The position numbers were made by a program, and so were the translations under genes. This document shows, in pieces, positions 18,479-33,626 of a stretch of 64,000 nucleotides of DNA (positions are counted from its first letter, which is position 1; each line of letters opens with the position of its first letter). This stretch comes from the human T2T-CHM13v2.0 reference genome, Homo sapiens. The stretch lies in the NCBI RefSeq assembly GCF_009914755.1, contig NC_060933.1; one strand, given 5' to 3'. Below the pieces are notes generated by a model, which saw only the letters and a program-made list of their open reading frames with translations, was not told the DNA's origin and searched no databases.

Positions 18479-19339
18479 CTGCCGGGCAGCCCAGAGTCAA
18501 TCCTGCCCCATCCCTCCAACCCTACCCTTCGCCCAGGGCCGCAGTGCTCGGGAATGGATGGGACCCACAACCCCCACCCCACCCGGAAAGTAGAGAGACC
18601 ACTGGCAGGGGCTGGGACGGGGCACGCACCAGTCAGCTGCCTGCCCCACGGCACAGCACTGCCCACCACGTGCCCAGTGGCCAGCAGCTGTTGGGGAGCC
18701 CAGAGAGCCCCCTCCTGGCAGGCCCGCGAGTGCCCCTTGGACACGGGCCCTGTGTCAGGCTGCGGTCCTGGCAGGGGACTGCACATGCCGTCAGGAGCTG
18801 CATAATGCACACTCGGGCCGTGGGTGTGGCTGGCAGTGAGTGCCGTGAAGGGCACCAGCAGGCAAAGGCAGAGGCTGAGAGACCCATGGGGCCTGGATAG
18901 CACAGGGTCTCTCCTGGGTGGGTGGAGGGTGGCTGGGGCCTCTGACCCGGGGAACACTGTTCTCTCCCCGGTGGTCGTGTGTGGACAGACTGTCGAGGGT
19001 GAGGGCTGCAGCAGGGACGTGCCCAGGGGCTCTGGGCAGTGGCGAGGTGGGACGTGGGGCAACCTGCACCAGGTGTGAGAGTGACGCCGGGCGACTCCAG
19101 GCCTAGCCTGAGCCACAGGCAGGTGGAGCTGCCATTTCCTCAGAAGGCAAAAGCAGGAGGAAGAGCAAACGTGGAATCAGGATCTGCTTTGCACAGGAGG
19201 TGGGGGAAGCTGGGGAGATGGCAAGACAGTGGCTGGGTGAGGGCGTGAAGGGCGTGAGCGTGGCACTTAGAGCCCTGGGGGTGGAGGAGGAGCCCTGGGA
19301 TGCTGGCTGGGGTGACGGCTGCAAGGCACACCATGCACG

Positions 19340-19605
19340 GACACACAGGCAGACACACAGACACACACAGACACACGGAGACAGAGACACTCGCAGACAC
19401 ACGGACACACGGAGACACACGGACACAGGCAGACACACAGGCACACCGAGACACACACAGACACACAGACACACACAGACACAAGGAGACACACATGGAC
19501 ACATGTAGACACAGAGACAGACACACGGACACATGCAGACACATGGAGACACACAGAGACACACGCAGACACACGACACACGCAGACACACAGATAGACA
19601 CACAG
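19340..19605. repeat. (CA)n/(GACACA)n low-complexity tract ((UG)-rich in the pre-mRNA)
   Basis: Direct reading. Confidence 0.9.
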
Positions 19606-20923
19606 CACGGGGGGACTGAGCTGCATTAAGGCTGAGGGCCCTGAGCTCTGCCCTGGGTGGTTCCTGTCCCTGCTCTTCGCCATCCGTCCTGATCTCCCTG
19701 GCACTGATGTGGAGCAGCTGGGGATGCTCAGGAGGGAGATGGGTCCAGCTCCACCCAGGGTCCCCTGCTGGTGGAGGGACCGGGACTTGGAGCCTCAGTC
19801 TCCCCATCAGCACGCTGCGGTGTCAGGGCACCCGGCATCGGGACCTGGCTGGAGCCACTCAGGCCAGGCCTGGAAGACAGAGGCCATGCAGAAAGCCCTT
19901 CCCAACTGGGCCAGGGCCCCGCTGCCCCCACCCCTGCCCCTTGCCCGGCTCGGGGTCCCCAGGCTGAAGCAGCAACGGCGCGGTGCCATTTGCTGGATTA
20001 CAGGCGTGAGCCGCTGCACCCAGCCGACCTGTTTTCTTCAGCTGCTGTGCTTCCACTGACCTTCAGGCTTCTGACCTCTCCTGCTGCCCAACCACTCAGG
20101 CAGAAGAGCTCTGAGACCACAGCAGACATCTGGCCTATGAGGGTGCGGAGGACTTCCAGAAAACACACACAGAACGGCTCAAGCCACCAGAGGCGAGAGC
20201 TGGGGTTAAACTGAACCCCAGGCTCCAGGAGATTCTGGACCTGACAGAGCAGAATGCCCAGTGCCGTGGATGCAAAGACGTGGCGGCTCTGCCAGGCAGC
20301 CACAGGCGGGCCGAGGGCAGCTCTGGGCCTGGAGGGGCCAAATCTGAGACTTACGGGCTGGGGTCAAGTGGACAGATGTCTTCCAGCCCGGAGCCTGGAA
20401 GGCGACACGGGCACATTCTGCCCCAAGAAGGGACACACGTCAGTGGGGCTCCTCCCCCGAGCCAGAGACGCGTCCTCACCCACTGCCTTGCCCTTCCACC
20501 TCCGCATCACTGGCTCCCGACACGTCAGCCCAGGCTGCAGAGGTGGGACGGCTCACGGCCCCTGAAGCCCGGCCCTGCCCCAACGTGGGCCTTGCTGAGC
20601 CAAGCTGGGGAGCCCCAGAACTGACCAGTGATAAATGGACACGGCTGAGACCAGACCACAGACCAGTGATAAATGGACACAGCTGGGACCAGACCACAGA
20701 GACGGCCGTGCGAAGCTGATCGCTGCGGGCAGGTGGGGTCGGCTGACTGAGCGCTGGAGCAGGGGGCACAGACCTGGGCCCACACAGGTGCCGGGGACAA
20801 AGAGGGGAGCCCGAGAAGCAGGGAAGAGGGTGAGAGCACCAGGAAGAGGCCGGCCACGCGGGGAGGGGTCTCAGGGCAGGGGGGGCTGGGGCCCGCCCTG
20901 AGGTCCTGGCCCGTGGGACTCAC

Positions 20924-21129
20924 TCATAGAAGTGGGCCTTGGAGATGGACAGGAAGCTGCAGTCCCTGTTGGCCTTGACGGTGAAGATGAGAGGCTCCCC
21001 GGTGAGCACGGCCAGCTGGCCCACCATCTCCCCGGGGCGCGTGAGGAACAAGCAGGTGTCCTCCTGGCTGCCGATCTTCCGCTGGTACACGTGCAGCAGC
21101 CCCGAGACCACGAACAGGATGCTGGCGTC
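20924..21129 (-). CDS. PNPLA7: Exon I (206 nt, 0-2) [16 protein letters not shown]...[36 protein letters not shown](E)
   Basis: CAG acceptor; donor TGA|GTGAGT; cNMP-binding fold motif. Confidence 0.96.
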
Positions 21130-21882
21130 CTGACACACGAGAGGGCTCAGGAGGCGCCGCGAGTGGCCGCGGGCAGGATGGGGGCAGCTCTGGGCCCAGA
21201 GCGGACGATGCCACCAGGCTCAGCCGGGAGACCATCCGCCGACCTGATCAGCTCTGGGCATGGACTTCACTGGAAACATTTCGGCAGCGTCTACGGTTTC
21301 ATGATTTCACGAGCAGTCGTGGAAAATCTGGGTTCTCAAGGGCTCCGTGCAGCGAGCCGGGCCTCGGACCTGCACACCTTCCCTCCCGGCACCCGCATAC
21401 TGACTGTCCCTGGCAAATGCGCGTCAGCCCAGCATTCCTGTGCACGGGGGGTCCCATGCCGCCTCGCCTGGGGCCTGGCCTCTGAGGGGTGGGCTCCTGG
21501 CCCCTCCCACACTGAGCCCCCGGCACACGCCACGCGTTTTGGTCCCACATCTGCAGATGTACCCATGAAACCACTCCAAGGCCACTTCCACTGATCTGTA
21601 TCCACTGTGACCTCTTATGACCTCTTCCCAATCTGCTTGCCCGGCCCACTCTCAGGTGCGAGCAGAAGGGCCAGTGCAGCAGGGGCCAAAGGTGGACACA
21701 GCTCTCAGGGCTCAGGGCTGCCTGAGGGGAGGGGCTCTGCCATGGTGCCCAGAGGGGCAGTGGCCCGGTGCTGGGAGGTCCCCAGTCACTGGTGTCCAGT
21801 CCAGGCCCTCCTCTGGTGCTCCACTTGGCACTGGGCTATGGCATTGGGTGGTCCCAGTGCCCCCCCCCAGACCCCCGCTCAC

Positions 21883-21960
21883 CTGGTCTCCCTGCCTTGA
21901 CACCACCGTGCCTGCAGGAACGTGCAGAAGCGCCACCCGGCCATCCAACAGAGATGAGTC
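21883..21960 (-). CDS. PNPLA7: Exon H (78 nt, 0-0) [26 protein letters not shown]; start of cNMP-binding domain 2
   Basis: TAG acceptor 21961-21963; donor CAG|GTGAGC. Confidence 0.95.
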
Positions 21961-22936
21961 CTAAAAACAGAGCAGACTTCAGGGAACACGGGTGGGAAGC
22001 ATAAATGAAGGTCCAGAGAACAGAGGCTGCACTGGGCTGTTCAGGGGCAACGAGCGGTGAGGCCAGAGGCCGGGCAAGGCCCTCCTCCGAGGCTGTCCTC
22101 CAACAAGGGCCTGATGGACACTGGGCACCCTGCAGAGCCACCGATGCCAAACCAGGGCATCGGCACAGAGACAGACACCAAACAGTGGAGCAAGGCAGAA
22201 AATGCAGAAACAGACACTCGTATTTTTGTGAATTTACGTAAAAGAGAGAGGATGTCATTTTAGGGAGAAAGGGTGATTTCTTTATAAGTGGTGCTGGCAT
22301 AGCCAGCAGTGGGATGCCTTCTCCACACCACCTACAGAATGATGCCCTCCAGGGCACGAGGACTCTGGAATCTGGGAGCTCCCAGAGGTGACCCGGGAGT
22401 GCCCAACACACTGGAACCCAGAAGGCAGAGGTTGCAGTGGACCCGGAGCCTGTGGAGAGGCCCTGGGGCAAACCAAGGGTGAGGGAGCGTCTGCGGGCAC
22501 CACACCCACGAAGGTTTGAAACATCAGGTGTGTAAACCCCCAGTCCACAGTGATGATGAAATAAAAATAAGAAGCCCCACCCAGCATCTTTGGAAAATGA
22601 TCGAAAAACAAACCATTAAACTTCCCAAACCCTGACGGTGAAGGGGGTGAAGGCAGCTCCCCCCCAAAAGAGAAATGACATCACATGTCGCCAAAAGTTT
22701 GTCAAACAGGAGGGAGAAAGAGATGGAGGAGGATGAGAAGAATCTGAGCAGCCACATATCCAGCTCTCAGGCAGAGGACGGCCGCTGACGGAGAGGCCGC
22801 ATCGCCCCAGGGCGCGTTGTCAGCCCGAGGAGGAGCCGTGGGAGGTTCTTCAGGAGAAGAAAGCGGCCTCCCTGAGGAAAGCAGCTGCACTAAGAAAGTC
22901 AGAGCCTTCGGGAGATGAGGGGGATGTGGGAGATGA

Positions 22937-24963
22937 GGGGGACGCGGGGGACGGGGGGGACGCGGGGGACGGGGGGGACGCGGGGGACGGGGGGGACGGG
23001 GGGGACGCGGGGGACGGGGGGGACGCGGGGGACGGGGGGGACGCGGGGGACGGGGGGGACGGGGGGGACGAGGGGGACGGGGGGGACGCGGGGGACGGGG
23101 GGGACGCGGGGGACGGGGGGGACGGGGGGGACGGGGGGGACGCGGGGGACGGGGGGGACGCGGGGGACGGGGGGGACGCGGGGGACGGGGGGGACGGGGG
23201 GGACGAGGGGGACGGGGGGGACGCGGGGGACGGGGGGGACGAGGGGGACGGGGGGGACGCGGGGGACGGGGGGGACGGGGGGGACGCGGGGGGGACGCGG
23301 GGGACGCGGGGGACGGGGGGGACGCGGGGGACGCGGGGGACGCGGGGGACGCGGGGGACGGGGGGGACGCGGGGGACGGGGGGGACGCGGGGGACGGGGG
23401 GGACGCGGGGGACGGGGGGGACGGGGGGGACGGGGGGGACGCGGGGGGGACGCGGGGGACGCGGGGGACGCGGGGGACGGGGGGGACGCGGGGGGGACGC
23501 GGGGGGGACGCGGGGGACGCGGGGGGGACGCGGGGGGGACGCGGGGGGGACGGGGGGGACGCGGGGGACGGGGGGGACGCGGGGGGGACGCGGGGGACGG
23601 GGGGGACGCGGGGGACGGGGGGGACGCGGGGGGGACGCGGGGGACGCGGGGGGGACGCGGGGGGGACGCGGGGGGGACGGGGGGGACGCGGGGGGGACGC
23701 GGGGGACGCGGGGGACGGGGGGGGGACGCGGGGGGGACGCGGGGGACGGGGGGGACGCGGGGGGGACGCGGGGGGGACGCGGGGGGGACGCGGGGGACGG
23801 GGGGGGACGGGGGGGACGCGGGGGGGACGCGGGGGGGACGCGGGGGGGACGCGGGGGGGACGCGGGGGACGCGGGGGACGCGGGGGACGCGGGGGACGCG
23901 GGGGACGGGGGGGCGGGGGGGGCGGGGGGGACGCGGGGGGACGGGGGGGACGCGGGGGACGGGGGGGACGCGGGGGACGCGGGGGACGGGGGGGACGCGG
24001 GGGACGCGGGGGACGGGGGGGACGCGGGGACGCGGGGGGCGGGGGGGACGGGGGGGGCGGGGGGGGCGGGGGGGACGCGGGGGGACGGGGGGGACGCGGG
24101 GGACGGGGGGGACGCGGGGGACGCGGGGGACGGGGGGGACGCGGGGGACGCGGGGGACGGGGGGGACGCGGGGACGCGGGGGGCGGGGGGGGCGGGGGGG
24201 GCGGGGGGGACGGGGGGGACGGGGGGGACGCGGGGGACGCGGGGGACGGGGGGGACGCGGGGGACGCGGGGGACGGGGGGGACGCGGGGGACGGGGGGGA
24301 CGCGGGGGACGGGGGGGACGCGGGGGGACGCGGGGGGACGCGGGGGGACGCGGGGGACGGGGGGGACGGGGGGGACGCGGGGGACGCGGGGGACGCGGGG
24401 GACGGGGGGGACGCGGGGGGACGCGGGGGGACGCGGGGGGACGCGGGGGACGGGGGGACGGGGGGGACGCGGGGGACGCGGGGGACGGGGGGGACGCGGG
24501 GGACGGGGGACGCGGGGACGGGGGGGACGGGGGGGGACGCGGGGGACGGGGGGGACGGGGGGGACGCGGGGGACGGGGGGGACGCGGGGGACGGGGGGGA
24601 CGCGGGGGGCGGGGGGGGCGGGGGGGGCGGGGGGGACGGGGGGGACGGGGGGGCGGGGGGGGACGCGGGGGACGGGGGGGACGGGGGGGACGCGGGGGAC
24701 GGGGGGGACGCGGGGGGCGGGGGGGGCGGGGGGGGCGGGGGGGGCGGGGGGGACGGGGGGGGCGGGGGGGACGGGGGGGACGGGGGGGACGCGGGGGGAC
24801 GGGGGGGGACGGGGGGGACGGGGGGGACGGGGGGGCGGGGGGGACGGGGGGGACGGGGGGGACGCGGGGGGACGGGGGGGACGGGGGGGACGGGGGGGGC
24901 GGGGGGGGCGGGGGGGACGGGGGGGACGGGGGGGACGCGGGGGACGGGGGGGACGGGGGGGAC
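22937..24963. repeat. ~2 kb G/CpG-rich VNTR of mostly 9-bp units (GGGGGACGC / GGGGGGGAC / GGGGGGGGC), with no T on the plus strand
   Basis: Direct reading. Confidence 0.97.
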
Positions 24964-25334
24964 CCGGGGGATGAGAGGGATGTGGGAGCCGGCCACGGTG
25001 ACATGGACGAGGCCGCTGGACAGGGGGGCACTGAACGCACGGCTGAAGTCATTTGGCCATTTTAAGGATTACTGTTAAGTATTCAGAAATGATAAGAGTA
25101 TTGTGGTTAGAGATGAATCCTGAAATATCCACCAGTGACGTGCTATGATGATGGGATTTGCTTCAAGGGGGGGCACCCGAACGGTACGGAAGGGGTGCAG
25201 AGAAAACAAGGTGGGCTGTGGTGTGATCGTTACTGTGAGGGATGCTAGGTACTCACCTTCACATATTATTCCATCTATTCTATATAGTTTTGAATTTCCC
25301 ATAATTAAAAAGTTGTTTAAAGAGAGAGAAGACT

Positions 25335-28192
<2,858 letters not shown>

Positions 28193-28431
28193 TCAGCTTT
28201 GGGACACCCTGATGTCCCAGAAAGCTTCGGCTTTGAGTTTGAACATAAGGCGATCTCAAGCTGCTAGCTTCCCAAAGGGGACCCCAAAAGACAAGCAAGC
28301 CTGCACTCCACCCAAAACACCTCCTTTGCAGCCACTGTCCTCCACACCTGGAACCACTGCCCAACAGAGGCAGAGAGGAGGCCACGGGCCCTGGGTGGGA
28401 CAAGGGCCAGGTGCCCGCCGGGGCCACTCAC

Positions 28432-28578
28432 TTCCAGCTTCATCAGGGTGAGCAGGTCCTTCTTGGCAGCTCTGAAGATGGCATCCGACTTCCTGCTGGC
28501 CAGGGTCTCATCCGTGTGACTCTCTGAGTGCTGGGAGACCGTGGAGGGTATCTCTGCAACCATCACGCTTTTCCTGGA
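28432..28578 (-). CDS. PNPLA7: Exon G (147 nt, 0-0) [49 protein letters not shown]
   Basis: CAG acceptor 28579-28581; donor GAA|GTGAGT. Confidence 0.92.
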
Positions 28579-28800
28579 CTGGAGAAGAACGGAGATACCG
28601 GCAATTCGAAGGGATGTGGTTGGGGAACATCGCACAAGGGTGTGGTCAGGTCTGAATCGCACAGTGCGGAAAGGCCGGCTGAGCCTCCTGAAGCTGCAGG
28701 TGCCACATGACACCAAAGCCGGCGGCGCCCCCAATGCACCAGCAAGCCACGGAGAGGGTGGGGCCCCAGGCGGAGGGTGAGAATGACAGCCAGGGCCTAC

Positions 28801-28901
28801 CTTGCTGGCCACGGAGCTCCCGGGGTGCTCGTCCGAGTGCAGGAAGACCCTGGCACGGTCACATGCCATCCCCAGATCAGAAGTGGCACTGCCTGGGCCC
28901 C
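28801..28901 (-). CDS. PNPLA7: Exon F (101 nt, 1-0) (G)[33 protein letters not shown]
   Basis: TAG acceptor 28902-28904; donor AAG|GTAGGC. Confidence 0.9.
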
Positions 28902-29049
28902 CTACACACAGAGGGGACACTCAGGACACGGTTCGCTAGGCCACTGACACAAACGTCCGCGGTGTGGGCTGAGCACACCCTGCAGTCTAACCACACAGAC
29001 CCCGGCAGCTCCCTCGAGGGAGTCGGGCCCTGAGATCCCTCCACACCCT

Positions 29050-29520
29050 GCTTTCTTTCGGCATCTGCCTCAATGGCTCTGTGACCCACCAGCTACAGGT
29101 TTTCTCCGCAGCTTAAACCCACACGGTGCCTTCAACATTTCTGGGCACTGATAAAGGTAGCCCGGTCGGTACCTAAAACACGGAAGGAAACCAGCCCTGG
29201 TCCTGAGCCAAATTCCTCAAACCTTGCCATGCGTGCCACACCCTGACGGCTCGCTGCGGCCAACCCTGGGTAGAGCACCCTTTCTCTTGCTGTCCATCTC
29301 AGGGATGCTGCCGCCCTCTGTATGTGAGCTCCCCTAACGGGTGCCCTGGGCCGTCACGCTGGTGCTTTGGGCTTGGCTCTTTGCAGTCCCAGCCCCATCT
29401 CAGAGGTTCGCTCTTCGCAGTCCAGCCCCATCTTGGAGGGAGGGGGTTGAGGCACCCCCTCCAAAGAGCTCCCCTGTTGCTGCTTTTGGGCGGCCTCGGG
29501 CTGAGCGGGATGAAGCAGTG
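29050..29520 (+). mobile_element. Degraded ERV1-type LTR fragment (MER39/MER34-like)
   Basis: Resembles the remembered consensus (ccaaattcctcaaacc...ctgtatgtgagctcccctaa). Confidence 0.4.
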
Positions 29521-30207
29521 TGCACCCTTTTACAGCCTGCCCTCAGCATTACACATCACTACACACACAGCGTATCTGACCTCTGGACCAGCTGCTGTGG
29601 ATTCTGAGGAAGGGTGCACGCTTTGCACGACGGGGTCACGCACTTCCAGGCACAGATCCAGCCCTTCGTGTGCAGCTGCGCATGCGAGCGAGTCATCTGC
29701 ACTGCGGTTTCCCATCCATACTGGAATTCGCAACACCCATTTCTCAGCGGAATACAGAGGAACCGCGCAGACACTAACCGCAGACACATGCCACACAGAT
29801 GCCGCAGCCACATGGCGCTGCGGGAAGGAACCAGGCCCAGGAGCACAGCCATGTGCCCCTCCCTGGGAAGCCAGACACAGAGAGCCAGGAGCGCTGGGCC
29901 TTGGAAAGGGGCGCATGTCTCCGAGGCTTACGCTGAGGGTGCGCTGGTCGGGTTTCACGGAGCTGGCACCCTTCAGCCCGGTGCACTGTGCTGTGTATTA
30001 CTCATGCCCCCGTCAAGTCCTGCTGTTTTTTAAAAAAATCCGAACTGGAAAGCAATCTATGGCAACAAAGGTCACCAGTGCTTCCTCTGGGGCTGACCCT
30101 CTGGGCTGGGCGAGAGGAGCGCAGCAGCCCCTTTACCTGGCTGCAGCCACACAGGGGAACACTGGGGTGTAATGACCACACCTTGTACGTCAACAAGCAT
30201 GTAGCTA

Positions 30208-31420
<1,213 letters not shown>

Positions 31421-31900
31421 GATATATCTTGACCCCTACTCACTTTCTACAAAAGAATAAATTCTAGATGGATCATATGAAAGGTAAAACGTTAAATCTT
31501 ACAGACAGATTTCTTAAACAGGACACAAAATATATTAACCACAAAAGAAAAATATTGATAAATTAGATCCCATTAAGTTTAAAATTTCCTATTCATCAAA
31601 AGACACCACTACGATAGTAAAAAGTGAATAGAAAATATTTTTAATATACATACTTGACAAAGGAATCATACAGAGAATATATAAAGAATTCCTATTAATA
31701 ATAAGAAAATGAAAGCTAAGAGGAAAATGGGCAAAAGACAAAGAAGGCTATCCAAGGTGCTCGGCCTCACAGTTCATCAAGAAGACAGAATCAGAGCACA
31801 GGCAGCCTCCACTGCACGCCCACCAGAAGACAGAGAGCAGCACATGCTGGGCCGGAAGTGGCCGCTAACCATGGGCGGCCAGTGAGCACCTGAAGTGTGG

Positions 31901-32484
31901 CTGGCATGAGTGAGTTTAGCTGGTACGAATGAGTTTAATTGGCATGAGTGAGTTTAGCTGGCATGAGTGAGTTTAGCTGACATGAGTGAGTTAGCTGGCA
32001 TGAGTGAGTTTAACTGGTATGAGTGAGTTTAGCGGGTACGAGTGAGTTTAGCTGGCGTGAATTTAGCTGGCATGAGTGAGTTTAGCTGGCATGAGTGAGT
32101 TTAGCTGGTACAAGTGAGTTTAGCTGGTGTGAGTGAGTTTAGCTGGTACGAGTGAGTTTAGCTGGTACGAATGAGTTTAGCTAGTACGAATGAGTTTAGC
32201 CGGTATGAGTGAGTTTAGCCGGCGTGAGTGAGTTTAGCTGGCATGAGTGAGTTTAGCTGGTATGAATGAGTTTAGCTGGTACGAATGAGTTTAGCTGGTA
32301 CGAGTGAGTTTAGCCGGCGTGAGTGAGTTTAGCTGGCATGAGTGAGTTTAGCTGGTACGAATGAGTTTAACTGGTGTGAGTGAGTTTAACTGGTGTGAGT
32401 GAGTTTAGCTGGTACAAATGAGTTTAGCTAGTATGAATGAGTTTAACTGGCGTGAATGAGTTTAGCTGGCATGAGTGAGTTTAG
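31901..32484. repeat. 19-bp VNTR x~30 (gcatgagtgagtttagctg)
   Basis: Period of 19. Confidence 0.95.
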
Positions 32485-32582
32485 GTGTCAACAGTCACAT
32501 GAGGCTTGTGGCCCATGATGCACAGCACAGGCATGGAGCAGCCACAGCAGTCGGATGAGGCTGAGGAGTAGACGCTGGTGTC

Positions 32583-33588
32583 TGTGGGCGGCAAGCCACC
32601 CAGGCACTGAGGCAAGAGACAGAGGACACGAGCTGTTCCAGTATAATAAAATATAAAACAAGAATAGTTATACCAGATATAGATCTTAGGTATGATTATA
32701 TATGAATATCATTAATCATTAGTTGGTAGTAATTACTCTTTATCCCAATATTATAATAATCCTCGCTCTACAATCATAACCTAGGAAAAACCAGGCCATA
32801 CAGAGATAGGAGCTGAGGGGACAAAGTGAAGAGTGACCAGAAGACAAGAGTGCGAGCCTTCTGTTATGCCTGGACAGGGCCACCAGAGGGCTCCTTGGTC
32901 TAGCGGTGACGCCAGCGTCTGGGAAGACGCCCGTTACCAGGCGGATCATGGTCCAGCGGTAGCAAAAGGTGTCAAGGAACAACACCCGCTACTTAGCAGA
33001 CCGGGAAAGGGAGTCTCCCTTTCCCCGGGGAGTTTAGAGAAGACTCTGCTCCTCTACCTCTTGTGGAGGGCCTGACATCAGTCAGACCTGCCCACAGTTA
33101 TCCGGAGGCCTAACCGTCTCCCTGTGATGCTGTGCTTCAGTGGTCACGCTCCTAGTCCACCTTCATGTTCCATCCTGTACACCTGGCTCTGCCTTCTAGA
33201 TAGCAGTAGTAAATTAGTGAAAATACTAATAGTCCCTGATATGCAGAAATAATGGCGTAAGCTGTCTTTCTGTCTGTCTCCTCTCCCTCTCTGCCTCGGC
33301 TGCCAGGCAGGGAAGGGCCCCCTGTCCAGTGGACACGTGACTCACGTGACCTTACCTATCATTGGAGATGACTCACACTCTTTACCCTGCCCCTTCTGCC
33401 TTGTATCCAATAAATAACAGTGCAGCCAGACATTCGGGGCCACTACAGGTCTCTGCACATTGGTGGTAGTGGTCCCCCGGGCCCAGCTGCCTTTTCTCTT
33501 ATCTCTTTGTCTTGTGTCTTTATTTCTACACTCTCTCATCGCCGCACACAGGGAGAGACCCACTGACCCTGTGGGGCTGGTCCCTACA
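32583..33588 (+). mobile_element. Solo LTR, LTR13 family (HERV-K13/HML-4), 1,006 bp
   Basis: TGTGGGCGGCAAGCCACCCAGG...GGTCCCTACA termini; perfect 6-bp TSD GGTGTC (32577-32582 and 33589-33594); internal AATAAA near 33409. Confidence 0.85.
32878..32894 (+). promoter_or_regulatory. CTCF-like motif GGCCACCAGAGGGCTCC in LTR13 #1
   Basis: Close to the CTCF core CCASYAGRKGGCRS. Confidence 0.5.
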
Positions 33589-33626
33589 GGTGTCAGTGCC
33601 TGAAACGCCACCAGGCAGTGCCCCCG

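Noticed and set aside
18479-19116. 213-codon in-frame open stretch upstream of exon J
   Set aside because: Low-complexity GC-rich translation with no family resemblance and no clear acceptor or start; expected by chance at this GC content
22702-25065. 682-764-aa Pro-rich or Gly-rich ORFs as genuine genes
   Set aside because: They are an inevitable result of a repeat with no T (no stop codons possible); no promoter or codon evidence. Kept only as a repeat-translation hypothesis
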